Shown: positions 1-8,487 of the stretch, in pieces
How the letters are laid out: each line of letters starts with the position of its first letter
Position numbering within the stretch: position 1 is the stretch's first letter
IMG/VR virus record: IMGVR_UViG_3300048599_000719
Span: 1-39,586 of that record
DNA length: 39,586 nt
Strand: one strand, 5' to 3'
DNA from: a virus
Taxonomy: Duplodnaviria; Caudoviricetes
Position numbers and translations under genes: made by a program
The notes under the pieces: model-generated
The model's input: the letters and a program-made list of their open reading frames with translations, nothing else
The model's database searches: none
What the model was told of the DNA's origin: nothing

Positions 1-417
1 ACCAAAGTCCACCTGGGCTTCTCCGGCCTTATGTTCGAGCGGCAGCGCCGATTTCCCGGTACGGTACATGGCTTCTTTTTTAGCTTTAACGTACTTGGCC
101 GTTGTTCGGTATGAACACTCGAAACCTGCTACTTCCTGCTTCAGCCTGTCGAATACACGCTGCGCCGTGTGTCGCTGTTTTTTCTTCGCCTTCCTGTCAT
201 CTTCCAGCCAGCCATCTATTATTTCTTTGTATGGGCTAAGCTTTGGCTGTTCAATTTTAATTTCCGGCTTCAATAGAGATTGATTGAAGTCATCCTTGGC
301 AATGTATTTCCTTATTGTTTTACGGTCTGTAGACTGTTTTCTCGATATTTCGCTTATAGAGTTTCCTTCCTCAAAAAAAGCTTTTCTGATATCATCAATT
401 TTGGTCATTGTCAGCAT
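1..417 (-). CDS. istA: IS21-family transposase IstA, N-terminal part (truncated by window edge; absent from ORF track)
   Basis: Manual translation from ATG 417: MLTMTKIDDIRKAFFEEGNSISEISRKQSTDRKTIRKYI...PKLSPYKEIIDGWLEDD...QRHTAQRVFDRL...LPLEHKAGEAQVDFG, classic IstA motifs. SD GAGGGAGG upstream. Confidence 0.93.
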   Translation of the reverse strand, partial: MLTMTKIDDIRKAFFEEGNSISEISRKQSTDRKTIRKYIAKDDFNQSLLKPEIKIEQPKLSPYKEIIDGWLEDDRKAKKKQRHTAQRVFDRLKQEVAGFECSYRTTAKYVKAKKEAMYRTGKSALPLEHKAGEAQVDFG

Positions 418-491
418 CCTCCGTTCCTCCCTCTTAGAGCTTGGTCGCAATAAAAGGGTATTTAGTTTCGGTCGTGCTTTCAATGGCCTTT

Positions 492-572
492 TTGCAATTC
501 TGGGGATTTCCAGCTTGCAAAACTGGGGATTTTCATTTTGCATTTCTGGGGATTTTTAGCTTACAACAAACA
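492..572. repeat. IS21 terminal repeats: three copies of TTGCAnnnCTGGGGATTT at 23-bp period (492, 515, 538) plus terminal segment
   Basis: Read directly. IS21 ends carry multiple transposase-binding repeats. Confidence 0.85.
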
Positions 573-796
573 GTCAGATGGGCTATCCTCCAAAGACGGT
601 AACGGCCCATGGCTTCCGCAGCACTGCATCAACACGCCTGAATGAGAGCGGACTGTGGAACGCGGATGCTATTGAGCATCAGCTTGCACACAGCGGAAAC
701 GACCGCGTCCGGAAAGCATATAATTACGCAAAATACCTTTCAGAGCGGCGAAATATGATGCAGTGGTATGCTGATTATATTGATGGACTTATGTAA
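573..796 (+). pseudogene. C-terminal fragment of P4-family tyrosine integrase, interrupted by IS21
   Basis: QMGY..TAHGFRSTAST.LNE..AIEHQLAH..VRKAYNYAKYLSERRNMMQWYAD contains the HxxR, H and catalytic Y of IntA/P4-like integrases. The N-terminal part is cut off by the IS end at 572. Confidence 0.9.
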
Positions 797-805
797 GGAG
801 GTACA

Positions 806-1699
806 TTAATAGGATAGAAGATTTTCTGTGTTTATGTTATGTACCCCTTTACAGCTATATATATCTTCTTCTGAAATACTTAATGAGTCAGAAAAAAACA
901 TAATTTCTGATCCTCTGTGTTTTTTACCAGCACTATATGATAGATCATATGTTATATATCTTGTTCCTTCATAAAGTTTTTTTACGCTATCAACATTATC
1001 ATAAGATACAATCCAATTTGTTGATTTTAGCGATAATATATAATTGGCTACCTTTTTGTGGTCTTCGTCATTATAAAAGTTTGTATATAATTGCTTGCCT
1101 TTGACGTAATATGGTGGATCAAGATACACTAAAGAATTCTGTGGGAGTGTAGGTATTACTTTTTTCAGGAAATCTATAGCGTCCATATTATATATGTGCA
1201 TACGGGCTTTGTTGTTCACAATGAGATTAATGCGTTCTAGTAAATCATTTTTATTGAACCGTGCATCTATTTTCCAGTTACCAGTTTGAGTATAACCTCC
1301 TATTACCCCGCCCTTTATAATTCCTGACCTATTTGTCCTGTTTAAGAAAAAAGAAGAGAATCCAAGATCCAATAAACTAACATCATCCTGATCAGCTTGA
1401 ATTTTACGCTGCTTATACCATTCAGTTATTGTAATAGGCGTATTCTCTATACGGCTACAAAATTCTTCAGTATTATTCATTATTGAGTACCAGAAGGCAT
1501 ATATAGATCTATCATAATCATTGAGGTGAATTACCCTCATATATTCGCGCAACATTAATGTAAGCGCTAATCCTGCTCCGCCAGCATATGGTTCTATATA
1601 ATGTCCGTCAAGGAGGCTATTCTTTTCCATAATGAGGGCAAAGAAGTTGAATAATTTCCTTTTACCGCCTGGATATCTTAATGGCGTGTACGATTTCAA
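806..1699 (-). CDS. Dam-like (D12 class) DNA adenine methyltransferase
   Basis: PLRYPGGK, EPYAGGAG (SAM binding), LDPPYY (catalytic). TTG start with AGGAGG SD. Confidence 0.92.
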   Translation of the reverse strand: MKSYTPLRYPGGKRKLFNFFALIMEKNSLLDGHYIEPYAGGAGLALTLMLREYMRVIHLNDYDRSIYAFWYSIMNNTEEFCSRIENTPITITEWYKQRKIQADQDDVSLLDLGFSSFFLNRTNRSGIIKGGVIGGYTQTGNWKIDARFNKNDLLERINLIVNNKARMHIYNMDAIDFLKKVIPTLPQNSLVYLDPPYYVKGKQLYTNFYNDEDHKKVANYILSLKSTNWIVSYDNVDSVKKLYEGTRYITYDLSYSAGKKHRGSEIMFFSDSLSISEEDIYSCKGVHNINTENLLSY

Positions 1700-1770
1700 A
1701 TTCTGTGCCTCCTTTTATAGAGATTATATGAACAAAAATTATACTTTATATATTTTTATTTGGCCAGTAG

Positions 1771-3225
1771 TTACGACCAAAGTTTTTCAATAAAAAGTTG
1801 AATGTTATCCCATGTGTTATTCAGCAAATCTTTACTTAATGGAATTGTATTAGGACTATGAACATATGCATTTAACGTCGCAGTTGACATAAAAGAAGCT
1901 GGATCGCTAATCATAATATCAACTGGGTGCAATTGCTTATCAGTTAAAATGTGATTTTTGGACATAAAATCCCTGATCCTTTGAAGTTTTTTATATAGCT
2001 TGAGATCTTCTAATATTTTTGTATCTGTCTCTATTTTTTTATTATAAATATATTCATCTAAACTTAGTTCAATAAAAACACGAAGTAAAATTGCCGCTGC
2101 ATTAGGGAACTCGTTAAGGTCCAGTCTCTTTAATTCTCTAAAAATTTGATTGGTTTTTGGGTGTTTTATGTGTATTGAAAAAGAAGATGGTATAAGTCTA
2201 TTTCTTTTAGCTGAAGAAGGCAGGGTCATAGTTCTTAATTTTAATCTCTGTTCTACGGGGGTAGAGAGGGGTTTATCCTCAAAAAAGTTTATATGTGTTT
2301 CTGGTTCCTCCATATGCAACTCTGTATATTCACAGGAAGGAATTTTTGAGCTAATATCGGTGGATTGTTTTGTCAGTTCTGATTTTATGTCCATCTTAGT
2401 TGGCACATAATCTTTTACTACCCATTGTGGAATTCTTTCAAATGGTCTAAGTTCTAAATCCTCTATATAATTTAACCTGTTGCTTTTATAATAAATTTTA
2501 TTTACAGCGCTGGGTTTATTCATATCTTCAATTATTTTCAACATTAAATTAACGAAATATTGCCGAGGGCATATTGCTACTACAGGGTTAATATCTGCAA
2601 TTCCGAGTCTTTCGCGTATTTCAGGCGAACTTAATAATCTGGTAAGGTTTGTAATTGGATAATTGTTAGTAATATTATGCCCAAACTTTGAAACAAAATC
2701 TATGATTTCAATAGCATTGGAATTATGTCCTTTTTCTCCATATCGTTTTGCCATCCGTGTCTTAGCTGTAGCACTCCAAGGGACAGTCCCTCTTCCGTCG
2801 TTTTCTCCTGTATGTTTTAGTTGCATCCATTGTACGGCATCGTCTTGACAATCAAAATAAATACACTCTAATTCTGTAATTTTAGGCATATCGTATTTTT
2901 TTATTTCGTTGATGATCTTACTTTTTTGGTTCTCTAGAGTTGTACCGTTAAGGATATCTGGATTTACTAGTATTTTTAACGCTAATACTCTCCTATTGCC
3001 TTCAACAACGCAATATGTTCCATCATTATTACTGACTGGGATTACAGCAATATTTTCCAGCGGATTGAGTCCGTTTTCAGCTATATCTAGAATTAAATTT
3101 ACAAGTTTAAGCTTCTGATCCTCTGTCATTTTCATAATAATGTCTCTTTGGTCTTCTAGTTGTCCAAGCCTAAAATTTTCTTTATCGAGAATTATGTCTG
3201 AAATATTAACGGTTACTTTTTCCAT
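1771..3225 (-). CDS. ParB-like N-terminal domain fused to a C-terminal HEPN-like helical domain
   Basis: LDKENFR, I.ENG, VVEGNRRVLALK (ParB/Srx motif). C-terminal FPNAAAILLRVFIELSL...LNAYVH resembles HEPN. Confidence 0.7.
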   Translation of the reverse strand: MEKVTVNISDIILDKENFRLGQLEDQRDIIMKMTEDQKLKLVNLILDIAENGLNPLENIAVIPVSNNDGTYCVVEGNRRVLALKILVNPDILNGTTLENQKSKIINEIKKYDMPKITELECIYFDCQDDAVQWMQLKHTGENDGRGTVPWSATAKTRMAKRYGEKGHNSNAIEIIDFVSKFGHNITNNYPITNLTRLLSSPEIRERLGIADINPVVAICPRQYFVNLMLKIIEDMNKPSAVNKIYYKSNRLNYIEDLELRPFERIPQWVVKDYVPTKMDIKSELTKQSTDISSKIPSCEYTELHMEEPETHINFFEDKPLSTPVEQRLKLRTMTLPSSAKRNRLIPSSFSIHIKHPKTNQIFRELKRLDLNEFPNAAAILLRVFIELSLDEYIYNKKIETDTKILEDLKLYKKLQRIRDFMSKNHILTDKQLHPVDIMISDPASFMSTATLNAYVHSPNTIPLSKDLLNNTWDNIQLFIEKLWS

Positions 3226-3261
3226 TTATTTGCCCTCACTTATGACATAGATTCTAAAAAG

Positions 3262-4893
3262 TTATGCTAACTTTTTTAGTAGTAATAATGGAGCAATTTT
3301 GTTATATGCTTTTATAAAATTATCTTTAAAGAGATTCGTTTCATCTGGATTTGCCATTGTCCAGAAATACATCAAATTCATATAATCAAATTTTTCTAAA
3401 TTTTCATTGAACCAAATTTTGAACAAATCGCGTTCGTTTTTTGCTTGAGGGGTTTTTAATTCTTTTAGTTTTTCTTGACAATTTCTTAGCGAATAGCCAT
3501 TATTAAACTTATATTGAGGATTATCATTATAAAAATTTACAGATTTTTCGCTATCACAAAGAAAATTCAATATAATTTCTTCTGGTCTTACAGAACCTGG
3601 AAGCGTAAACATGTTTTCATATAATTTGATAAGTGATGGATTCTTTGTTTGAAGCTCATCAAATGTTTTTGTCGCATCTCCATCAAAAATAATCATTGTT
3701 TTTCTAAAATACTCTGGATCAGCTTTAGTTAAAGATAATAATTCAATGCAACCGATAGAAACATGATCAAGAATATCAACTTTATCTATAAAATTAAAGT
3801 TATCAAGTAAATTATGTACAAACCAGCGTGCTTCGGCGTCTTCACAGTAAATTTTTATTTTTTGTGTTTTATTTGTTAATTTTACCTCAAGATCAGATCT
3901 AATCCCTGCTATATCAGGATTACGATGATATTCAAGCTTCCCATTAGCATTTGTAAGATAAATTAGTTCAATATCATTTCTTTTGTCATTATTACCGCAA
4001 ATTTTTTGAGAAATATGTTCTAATAAATATAGGCTATGTGTTGTAAAGAATAATTGAAACCCAATATCTCTCGCTTCATTGAATAAAAAATTATATAGTT
4101 TTATTTGTGCAGCTGGATGTAAAGTTGCATCAATTTCATCGATTAACAACAATGCACCTTTATAGTTTTCATCCATTAAATCTTTAAGCTTTTTTATGCT
4201 TAATACCGCAATTAATATTTGCCCTATATTATCTTGTCCGGAAGAGTTCGCTAATGGTCCATATTTTTCTGTTTTAAAACCAACGCCGTTTTTATGATTT
4301 ATACCATTTAGATTTATAGTATGAGCTTCATTTATTTCTTCCGGCATAGACATGATTTTTTTTGCATTATCGAACAACCAAATTTTTTCCTCTGGTGATA
4401 AGAATTTATCTGGACTTGATTCGATATTTTCAGCTTCGCCTATAGGATAGAGCCTAGAAAGCCCAAGGTATATTACAGGCAGTTCTTTTTTAGCGCTTGA
4501 TTTAGTGAGAGGAGAAAAAGGTATGATTCTAAATCTTTTTTTATTGTTTTGCCAAGATATACGCCCACATCTGATATCATCATCGCTGAAGTATATTTCG
4601 CAGCACTTAGGATTTTTAGGTTCGTCTTCATATGTGCTTTTGAATAGCTCTCCAAATTCTGTACTGTATAGAGTTCTTTTAATAGCAGAATCTTTTTTTG
4701 ATTTCCTAGTATTAGGTATTCTATATTGACAGGAATTACCTACAAGCCCCAAAATATTAGATTTACCAGTGCCATTTAAGCCAGATATTGCTGTTGCTAT
4801 CTTTCCAATATTGAAACAGTGTTCTTCTTCAAAAACTCTAAATTTATTAATTTTTAGATTTGTAACGTAAATATGTTTTGAATTGGAGGTCAT
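3262..4893 (-). CDS. ABC-type (AAA_15/OLD/AriA-like) ATPase with C-terminal TOPRIM-like domain
   Basis: Walker A GLNGTGKS, signature SSGQ, Walker B/D-loop LLLIDEIDATLHP, H-loop FTTHS. TOPRIM-like IYCED and IFDGD. Confidence 0.85.
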   Translation of the reverse strand: MTSNSKHIYVTNLKINKFRVFEEEHCFNIGKIATAISGLNGTGKSNILGLVGNSCQYRIPNTRKSKKDSAIKRTLYSTEFGELFKSTYEDEPKNPKCCEIYFSDDDIRCGRISWQNNKKRFRIIPFSPLTKSSAKKELPVIYLGLSRLYPIGEAENIESSPDKFLSPEEKIWLFDNAKKIMSMPEEINEAHTINLNGINHKNGVGFKTEKYGPLANSSGQDNIGQILIAVLSIKKLKDLMDENYKGALLLIDEIDATLHPAAQIKLYNFLFNEARDIGFQLFFTTHSLYLLEHISQKICGNNDKRNDIELIYLTNANGKLEYHRNPDIAGIRSDLEVKLTNKTQKIKIYCEDAEARWFVHNLLDNFNFIDKVDILDHVSIGCIELLSLTKADPEYFRKTMIIFDGDATKTFDELQTKNPSLIKLYENMFTLPGSVRPEEIILNFLCDSEKSVNFYNDNPQYKFNNGYSLRNCQEKLKELKTPQAKNERDLFKIWFNENLEKFDYMNLMYFWTMANPDETNLFKDNFIKAYNKIAPLLLLKKLA

Positions 4894-5043
4894 TTTATTT
4901 CTCCTTCCTATTTTAAATGGATTTAAAGAAAGGCATGTAAATAAAAAATAAAATATTTTTTAAGCGCGATAGTTTTATGCTAAATGCCAGTTTATTATTA
5001 TTTATTAATTATATTAAGCTTAATATGAGATTATTTTTTACAT

Positions 5044-6075
5044 TTATAAATTTATCATCAATCCTTTTGATGGTTTAGAGGCCTTTTTAAAAGCATGTCT
5101 CATTGTTTTTGCTTCCTCCTGCCCTTGTTTTGATATTGTAGATATAATTTGTTGCGCATCTTTTATATCTTCCGTATTGATTCTAATTTGTATTGCTGTT
5201 CCGTTAAATAATGTTTCCCCAGTATAAGGTTCATCATATTCATTGGCTATTTTTATGAAATTATTTTCACTTGCTAAGACAAAGTTCCCTTTTAGGTTTT
5301 TGCATATATTACTGACCATATACAGACCAAATCCAGAATTCGCCCACTCATCGTCGGATACTGGTCTTTGCGATGGACTAAAAGCTTCTGATATTCCAGC
5401 TTTAACAGCCCATTGCAAAGCTGTGACATTATCTGTTATATATTTTTTATACGTTGGATTTTGTGTAATGCTCTTATAAATTCCTATTCCTTCATCCAAA
5501 ATAGCTATTTCTGCAGCATGAAGTGAAGGCCAAAATTGCCCACATATCCAAACAGTATTGCATTGTGCATGTTCTGGAGTGTTTCTAATTATCTCACGAA
5601 TTAAATATGTAAGTAGAAGATGAAGCTCCTTATTATTACCTCTGTCTATAATGCGAGATAGCCTTTCTGCTTCTATTTCTATGGCCTCACTTATTGTTAA
5701 ATTTTTGCCGCGCATTTTTTCTGATGTTTGTAATTCATCTACAATAACTGGTGTGATCGGAATGTAATTATTACTTCCAGGAGCTTCGCCTGGCATTTTA
5801 CCAAAATTAATATTTGCACTTATGTATTTAAAAAAACCCATTGTCCCTGCATAAGTATTGTCTTCGTGTCCATATAGATAGAAAGGTATTTTAGAATATC
5901 TTTCTCTGTATCTCCTTATAATTGATCCAGCTAAAAGCATTGCAAAGGGGTCTATATGTTTATATTTTATTTGAGTAAAATCTAAATTCATCCGGTCTTC
6001 AGGCACATATGCATATAGCTCTTCACTCAGCTTTAATACAGATTCTGAAGTTAAATCATGGACTTCATAAGTCAT
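5044..6075 (-). CDS. STAS-like domain plus GHKL (histidine-kinase-like) ATPase
   Basis: LDFTQ..IDPFAMLL (STAS-like); N box EIIRNTPEH, G1 DEGIGI, G2 SGFGL, final GTAIQIRI strand. Confidence 0.75.
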   Translation of the reverse strand: MTYEVHDLTSESVLKLSEELYAYVPEDRMNLDFTQIKYKHIDPFAMLLAGSIIRRYRERYSKIPFYLYGHEDNTYAGTMGFFKYISANINFGKMPGEAPGSNNYIPITPVIVDELQTSEKMRGKNLTISEAIEIEAERLSRIIDRGNNKELHLLLTYLIREIIRNTPEHAQCNTVWICGQFWPSLHAAEIAILDEGIGIYKSITQNPTYKKYITDNVTALQWAVKAGISEAFSPSQRPVSDDEWANSGFGLYMVSNICKNLKGNFVLASENNFIKIANEYDEPYTGETLFNGTAIQIRINTEDIKDAQQIISTISKQGQEEAKTMRHAFKKASKPSKGLMINL

Positions 6076-6100
6076 GTAAATCCTCCATTACCAAAATAAA

Positions 6101-6424
6101 TTATCTAATCACAGTATTTCTTTTTATCTGAGCAAGATTGAGGTCCATTATTCTCAGATGTTCCTTTATCTGTTCAAGTGCATCGGCATTGTCTTCAACG
6201 GTTGAAGATATCTCGCTCATGTAGCTTTCCAATGAGCTTAAATTTTGTTTCTGTGGTTTAGTTGTGTTCAACTCAAACATTGCAAGTTGGGAACCTAGGT
6301 TGTCGATATTGTCATTTGTAGTGATGAACCAGTTAATTGAAATAGCGAGAAGAATGATTGTAACCAAGTTGAAAAGTATTGATAAGCATAAAATATTTTT
6401 TATAGAAAGAAAACGTTTTATCAT
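6101..6424 (-). CDS. Single-TM coiled-coil membrane protein downstream of cI
   Basis: Hydrophobic N-terminal helix then heptad-like tail. GGAG SD before the ATG at 6424. Confidence 0.7.
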   Translation of the reverse strand: MIKRFLSIKNILCLSILFNLVTIILLAISINWFITTNDNIDNLGSQLAMFELNTTKPQKQNLSSLESYMSEISSTVEDNADALEQIKEHLRIMDLNLAQIKRNTVIR

Positions 6425-6580
6425 AACATTATCTCCATTCATTGCTATATATTTTCATATAATGACAATAATATAGAAAATTATTATTAAAAACGTGCTT
6501 TATTTATTAATTTATTCATATCGCATTTTTTTTGACGTTACTTGTTTTGCTGTTGTCAGCAGCTGCCAAGGGCTTAAATC

Positions 6581-7312
6581 TTATAACACAGGTGGAACGC
6601 TCCTTGCTGAGACTACTTTTAAAACTTTGCCTATTACAAAGAAGTCTCCGGTTTTGGTATCAATTTCAAGGTCTGAGTATTCCTTCCAGTTGTGAGCTCT
6701 CAGTACATAAGTGCCATTCTTTTTTATAAGGCCTCTGATCAAAAGCCTGCCGTTTAGAGAAAATACCCCGATATCGCCTAACGCTAAATCTATACCTTCC
6801 GCAAATAAAACCTTTTCACCGCTGCGGATAAAGGGCTCCATGCTGGAGCCTTCGGCTGTCATGATGGTGTACTTCGCACCCTGCCATGTATAGCCGATTA
6901 ATTCTGATGCCGGCATGGGAAAGCGTTCCTCTACTTCCCATTGGACATCAGTCGCATATGGGGATCCTTCACCGCAGCATGCAGTAACAATCTTATTGCT
7001 GACTACGGGTACAAAAATCACATCATCCAATTGAGTCGTATGCGCAGGTTCTTTGAGGTCTTCACCTAATTGGCCGCCGACCTCACCGCCGCAGCTAAAA
7101 AATGGCGTAGGGTCATCAGTTTCCCCCATGAGATAGGCTGCAGAAACATTGAGTGCCTTTGCTAGTTTTATGAGGTTTTCGCCTTCTGGCGAATAGGCGT
7201 CTCTTTCCCAGTCATAGACTGTATTTCTAGAAACTTCAACAAGATTAGCTAAACCTTCTTGTGTTAACTTTTTAACTTTTCGCAATAAACGTAGCTCGGC
7301 ACCACTTCTCAT
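6581..7312 (-). CDS. CI-like repressor (XRE HTH plus S24 peptidase-like domain)
   Basis: LTQEGLANLVEVSRNTVYDWE HTH, GSSMEP motif, divergent from cro. Confidence 0.92.
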   Translation of the reverse strand: MRSGAELRLLRKVKKLTQEGLANLVEVSRNTVYDWERDAYSPEGENLIKLAKALNVSAAYLMGETDDPTPFFSCGGEVGGQLGEDLKEPAHTTQLDDVIFVPVVSNKIVTACCGEGSPYATDVQWEVEERFPMPASELIGYTWQGAKYTIMTAEGSSMEPFIRSGEKVLFAEGIDLALGDIGVFSLNGRLLIRGLIKKNGTYVLRAHNWKEYSDLEIDTKTGDFFVIGKVLKVVSARSVPPVL

Positions 7313-7335
7313 TAATTCACCTCCCTAACTCATAG

Positions 7336-7476
7336 TTCACTGTACACATTACAAAAAAATAAATCAACACAAGACAACCATGAAAATATTTCACGGTACA
7401 CTTGACAAAGCAAAACTGTTGTATATAATTCATGGTGTAACATGAAATATGGAGGTGAAATCATGGTATACAGTGA
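7336..7476. promoter_or_regulatory. Genetic switch: rightward sigma70 promoter (TTGACA 7402-7407, TATAAT 7424-7429) and candidate operators
   Basis: Consensus hexamers 16 bp apart. Related imperfect palindromes TCACTGTACAC (7337), TCACGGTACAC (7391), TCATGGTGTAACATGA (7430), TCATGGTATACAGTGA (7461). Confidence 0.75.
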
Positions 7477-7753
7477 AACAATAAGAGAATTAAGAAAGAA
7501 AGCCGGTTTTACTCAAATTGAACTTGCCGAGAAAACAGGTGTATCGCGCTCTACGGTTTACGACTGGGAATCTGGCAAGTATCCGCCAACAGACGCAAAT
7601 AAGATTGCAGCACTTGAAGATGTCTTGCATCTTGAACGAGGAGAGCTTTACAAGGTTTTACAAGATTCAAACCCTACCTTTCCCCCTGCCGGGTTGGAAG
7701 CCCTGCAGGGGAAGAACCAGAAAGCAGGGAATTGCCCAGTAGAGAGTCAATAG
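7463..7753 (+). CDS. Cro-like XRE HTH protein
   Basis: FTQIELAEKTGVSRSTVYDWE. GGAGGTG SD before ATG 7463. Confidence 0.88.
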   Translation: MVYSETIRELRKKAGFTQIELAEKTGVSRSTVYDWESGKYPPTDANKIAALEDVLHLERGELYKVLQDSNPTFPPAGLEALQGKNQKAGNCPVESQ

Positions 7754-7929
7754 CTGAAGAGATAGTTGAATTTCGCACTGCTATTAATGAACTTTTTCCT
7801 GAACTGATTGATAAGGAATCTTATGCGGATCTTCTCCTTGATCTGAAGGATAACGGGCGGATCGATGCGCCTGGATTACGGACAAAGATCATAAGGGGAA
7901 TAAAGGCGCTTGAAGAAGCGCTGCTTTAA
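7732..7929 (+). CDS. Hypothetical early protein
   Basis: ORF overlapping the cro end, plausible composition. Confidence 0.55.
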   Translation: MPSRESIAEEIVEFRTAINELFPELIDKESYADLLLDLKDNGRIDAPGLRTKIIRGIKALEEALL

Positions 7930-7974
7930 ATACTCCGCAGCACCATGACAATTTAATACCGGGCTGAAAATTAT

Positions 7975-7991
7975 CTAGCGGAAGGAGGAAT
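7975..7991 (+). repeat. 17-bp direct repeat CTAGCGGAAGGAGGAAT, copy 1
   Basis: Exact match to 9371-9387; contains an SD. Confidence 0.85.
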
Positions 7992-7999
7992 CTTCACCA

Positions 8000-8233
8000 A
8001 TGTCATTTGATAAAACAACATTAACCACAGCCATGATTCTTGATGCAATAATCGCGCTTGGATATCTGACATATTCCGCCGTACTTCTATTAGCGGCCGT
8101 GTTTGCTTCTGGCTTTACATCAATTGTTTTATATGTACTAAGCGGTTGCCTATTTTTGTATGTATTTGTCTGTTTCGGGAATTTCAGCGGTATACTTCCA
8201 GGCATCTTTAACACAGGGCTTGAAGATAAGTAA
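8000..8233 (+). CDS. Small hydrophobic membrane protein
   Basis: Two long hydrophobic stretches; strong SD. Confidence 0.7.
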   Translation: MSFDKTTLTTAMILDAIIALGYLTYSAVLLLAAVFASGFTSIVLYVLSGCLFLYVFVCFGNFSGILPGIFNTGLEDK

Positions 8234-8247
8234 AAGGGGGGCTAATT

Positions 8248-8487
8248 TTGAAAATTAGATTTGGGTTAAGGGATATTGGAGAGCCATTTTCCAAGGATAA
8301 AGTACTCTACCTTTGGGATCCACCATTTGGCTATACCATTGAGGAAACCTTCATTGATGGGGATGGTAAAGAGTCTTGTTCATTTGAATCGACATGGTTC
8401 AGTGATGTTTCTGTTATTACGAAAATAGCACTTCTCTTTGCGCTCATAGCTAATTTATTAAACTTGATCAGATTGTTGATTACTTAG
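8248..8487 (+). CDS. Hypothetical protein with C-terminal TM helix
   Basis: TTG start after GGGGGG SD; hydrophobic C-terminus. Confidence 0.55.
   Translation: MKIRFGLRDIGEPFSKDKVLYLWDPPFGYTIEETFIDGDGKESCSFESTWFSDVSVITKIALLFALIANLLNLIRLLIT

Larger units (their letters stand above)
1..572 (-). mobile_element. IS21-family insertion sequence (left part; continues beyond the window start)
   Basis: istA start on the minus strand. The end reads TGTTTGTTGTAAGCTAAAAATCCCCAG on the minus strand (TG terminus at 572) with multiple sub-terminal repeats, as is typical of IS21. Integrase coding sequence resumes at 573. Confidence 0.88.

Noticed and set aside
68-559. Plus-strand ORFs 68..283 and 284..559
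   Set aside because: They are shadow frames of istA and the IS end.
492-572. Regularly spaced repeats as a mini CRISPR array
   Set aside because: The 23-bp period leaves only about 5-bp spacers, and the repeats sit at the end of an istA-bearing element, so they are IS21 terminal repeats.
806-1699. Ordinary type II restriction-modification system
   Set aside because: No recognisable restriction endonuclease is adjacent; the neighbours are ParB-HEPN-like and ATPase-TOPRIM proteins.
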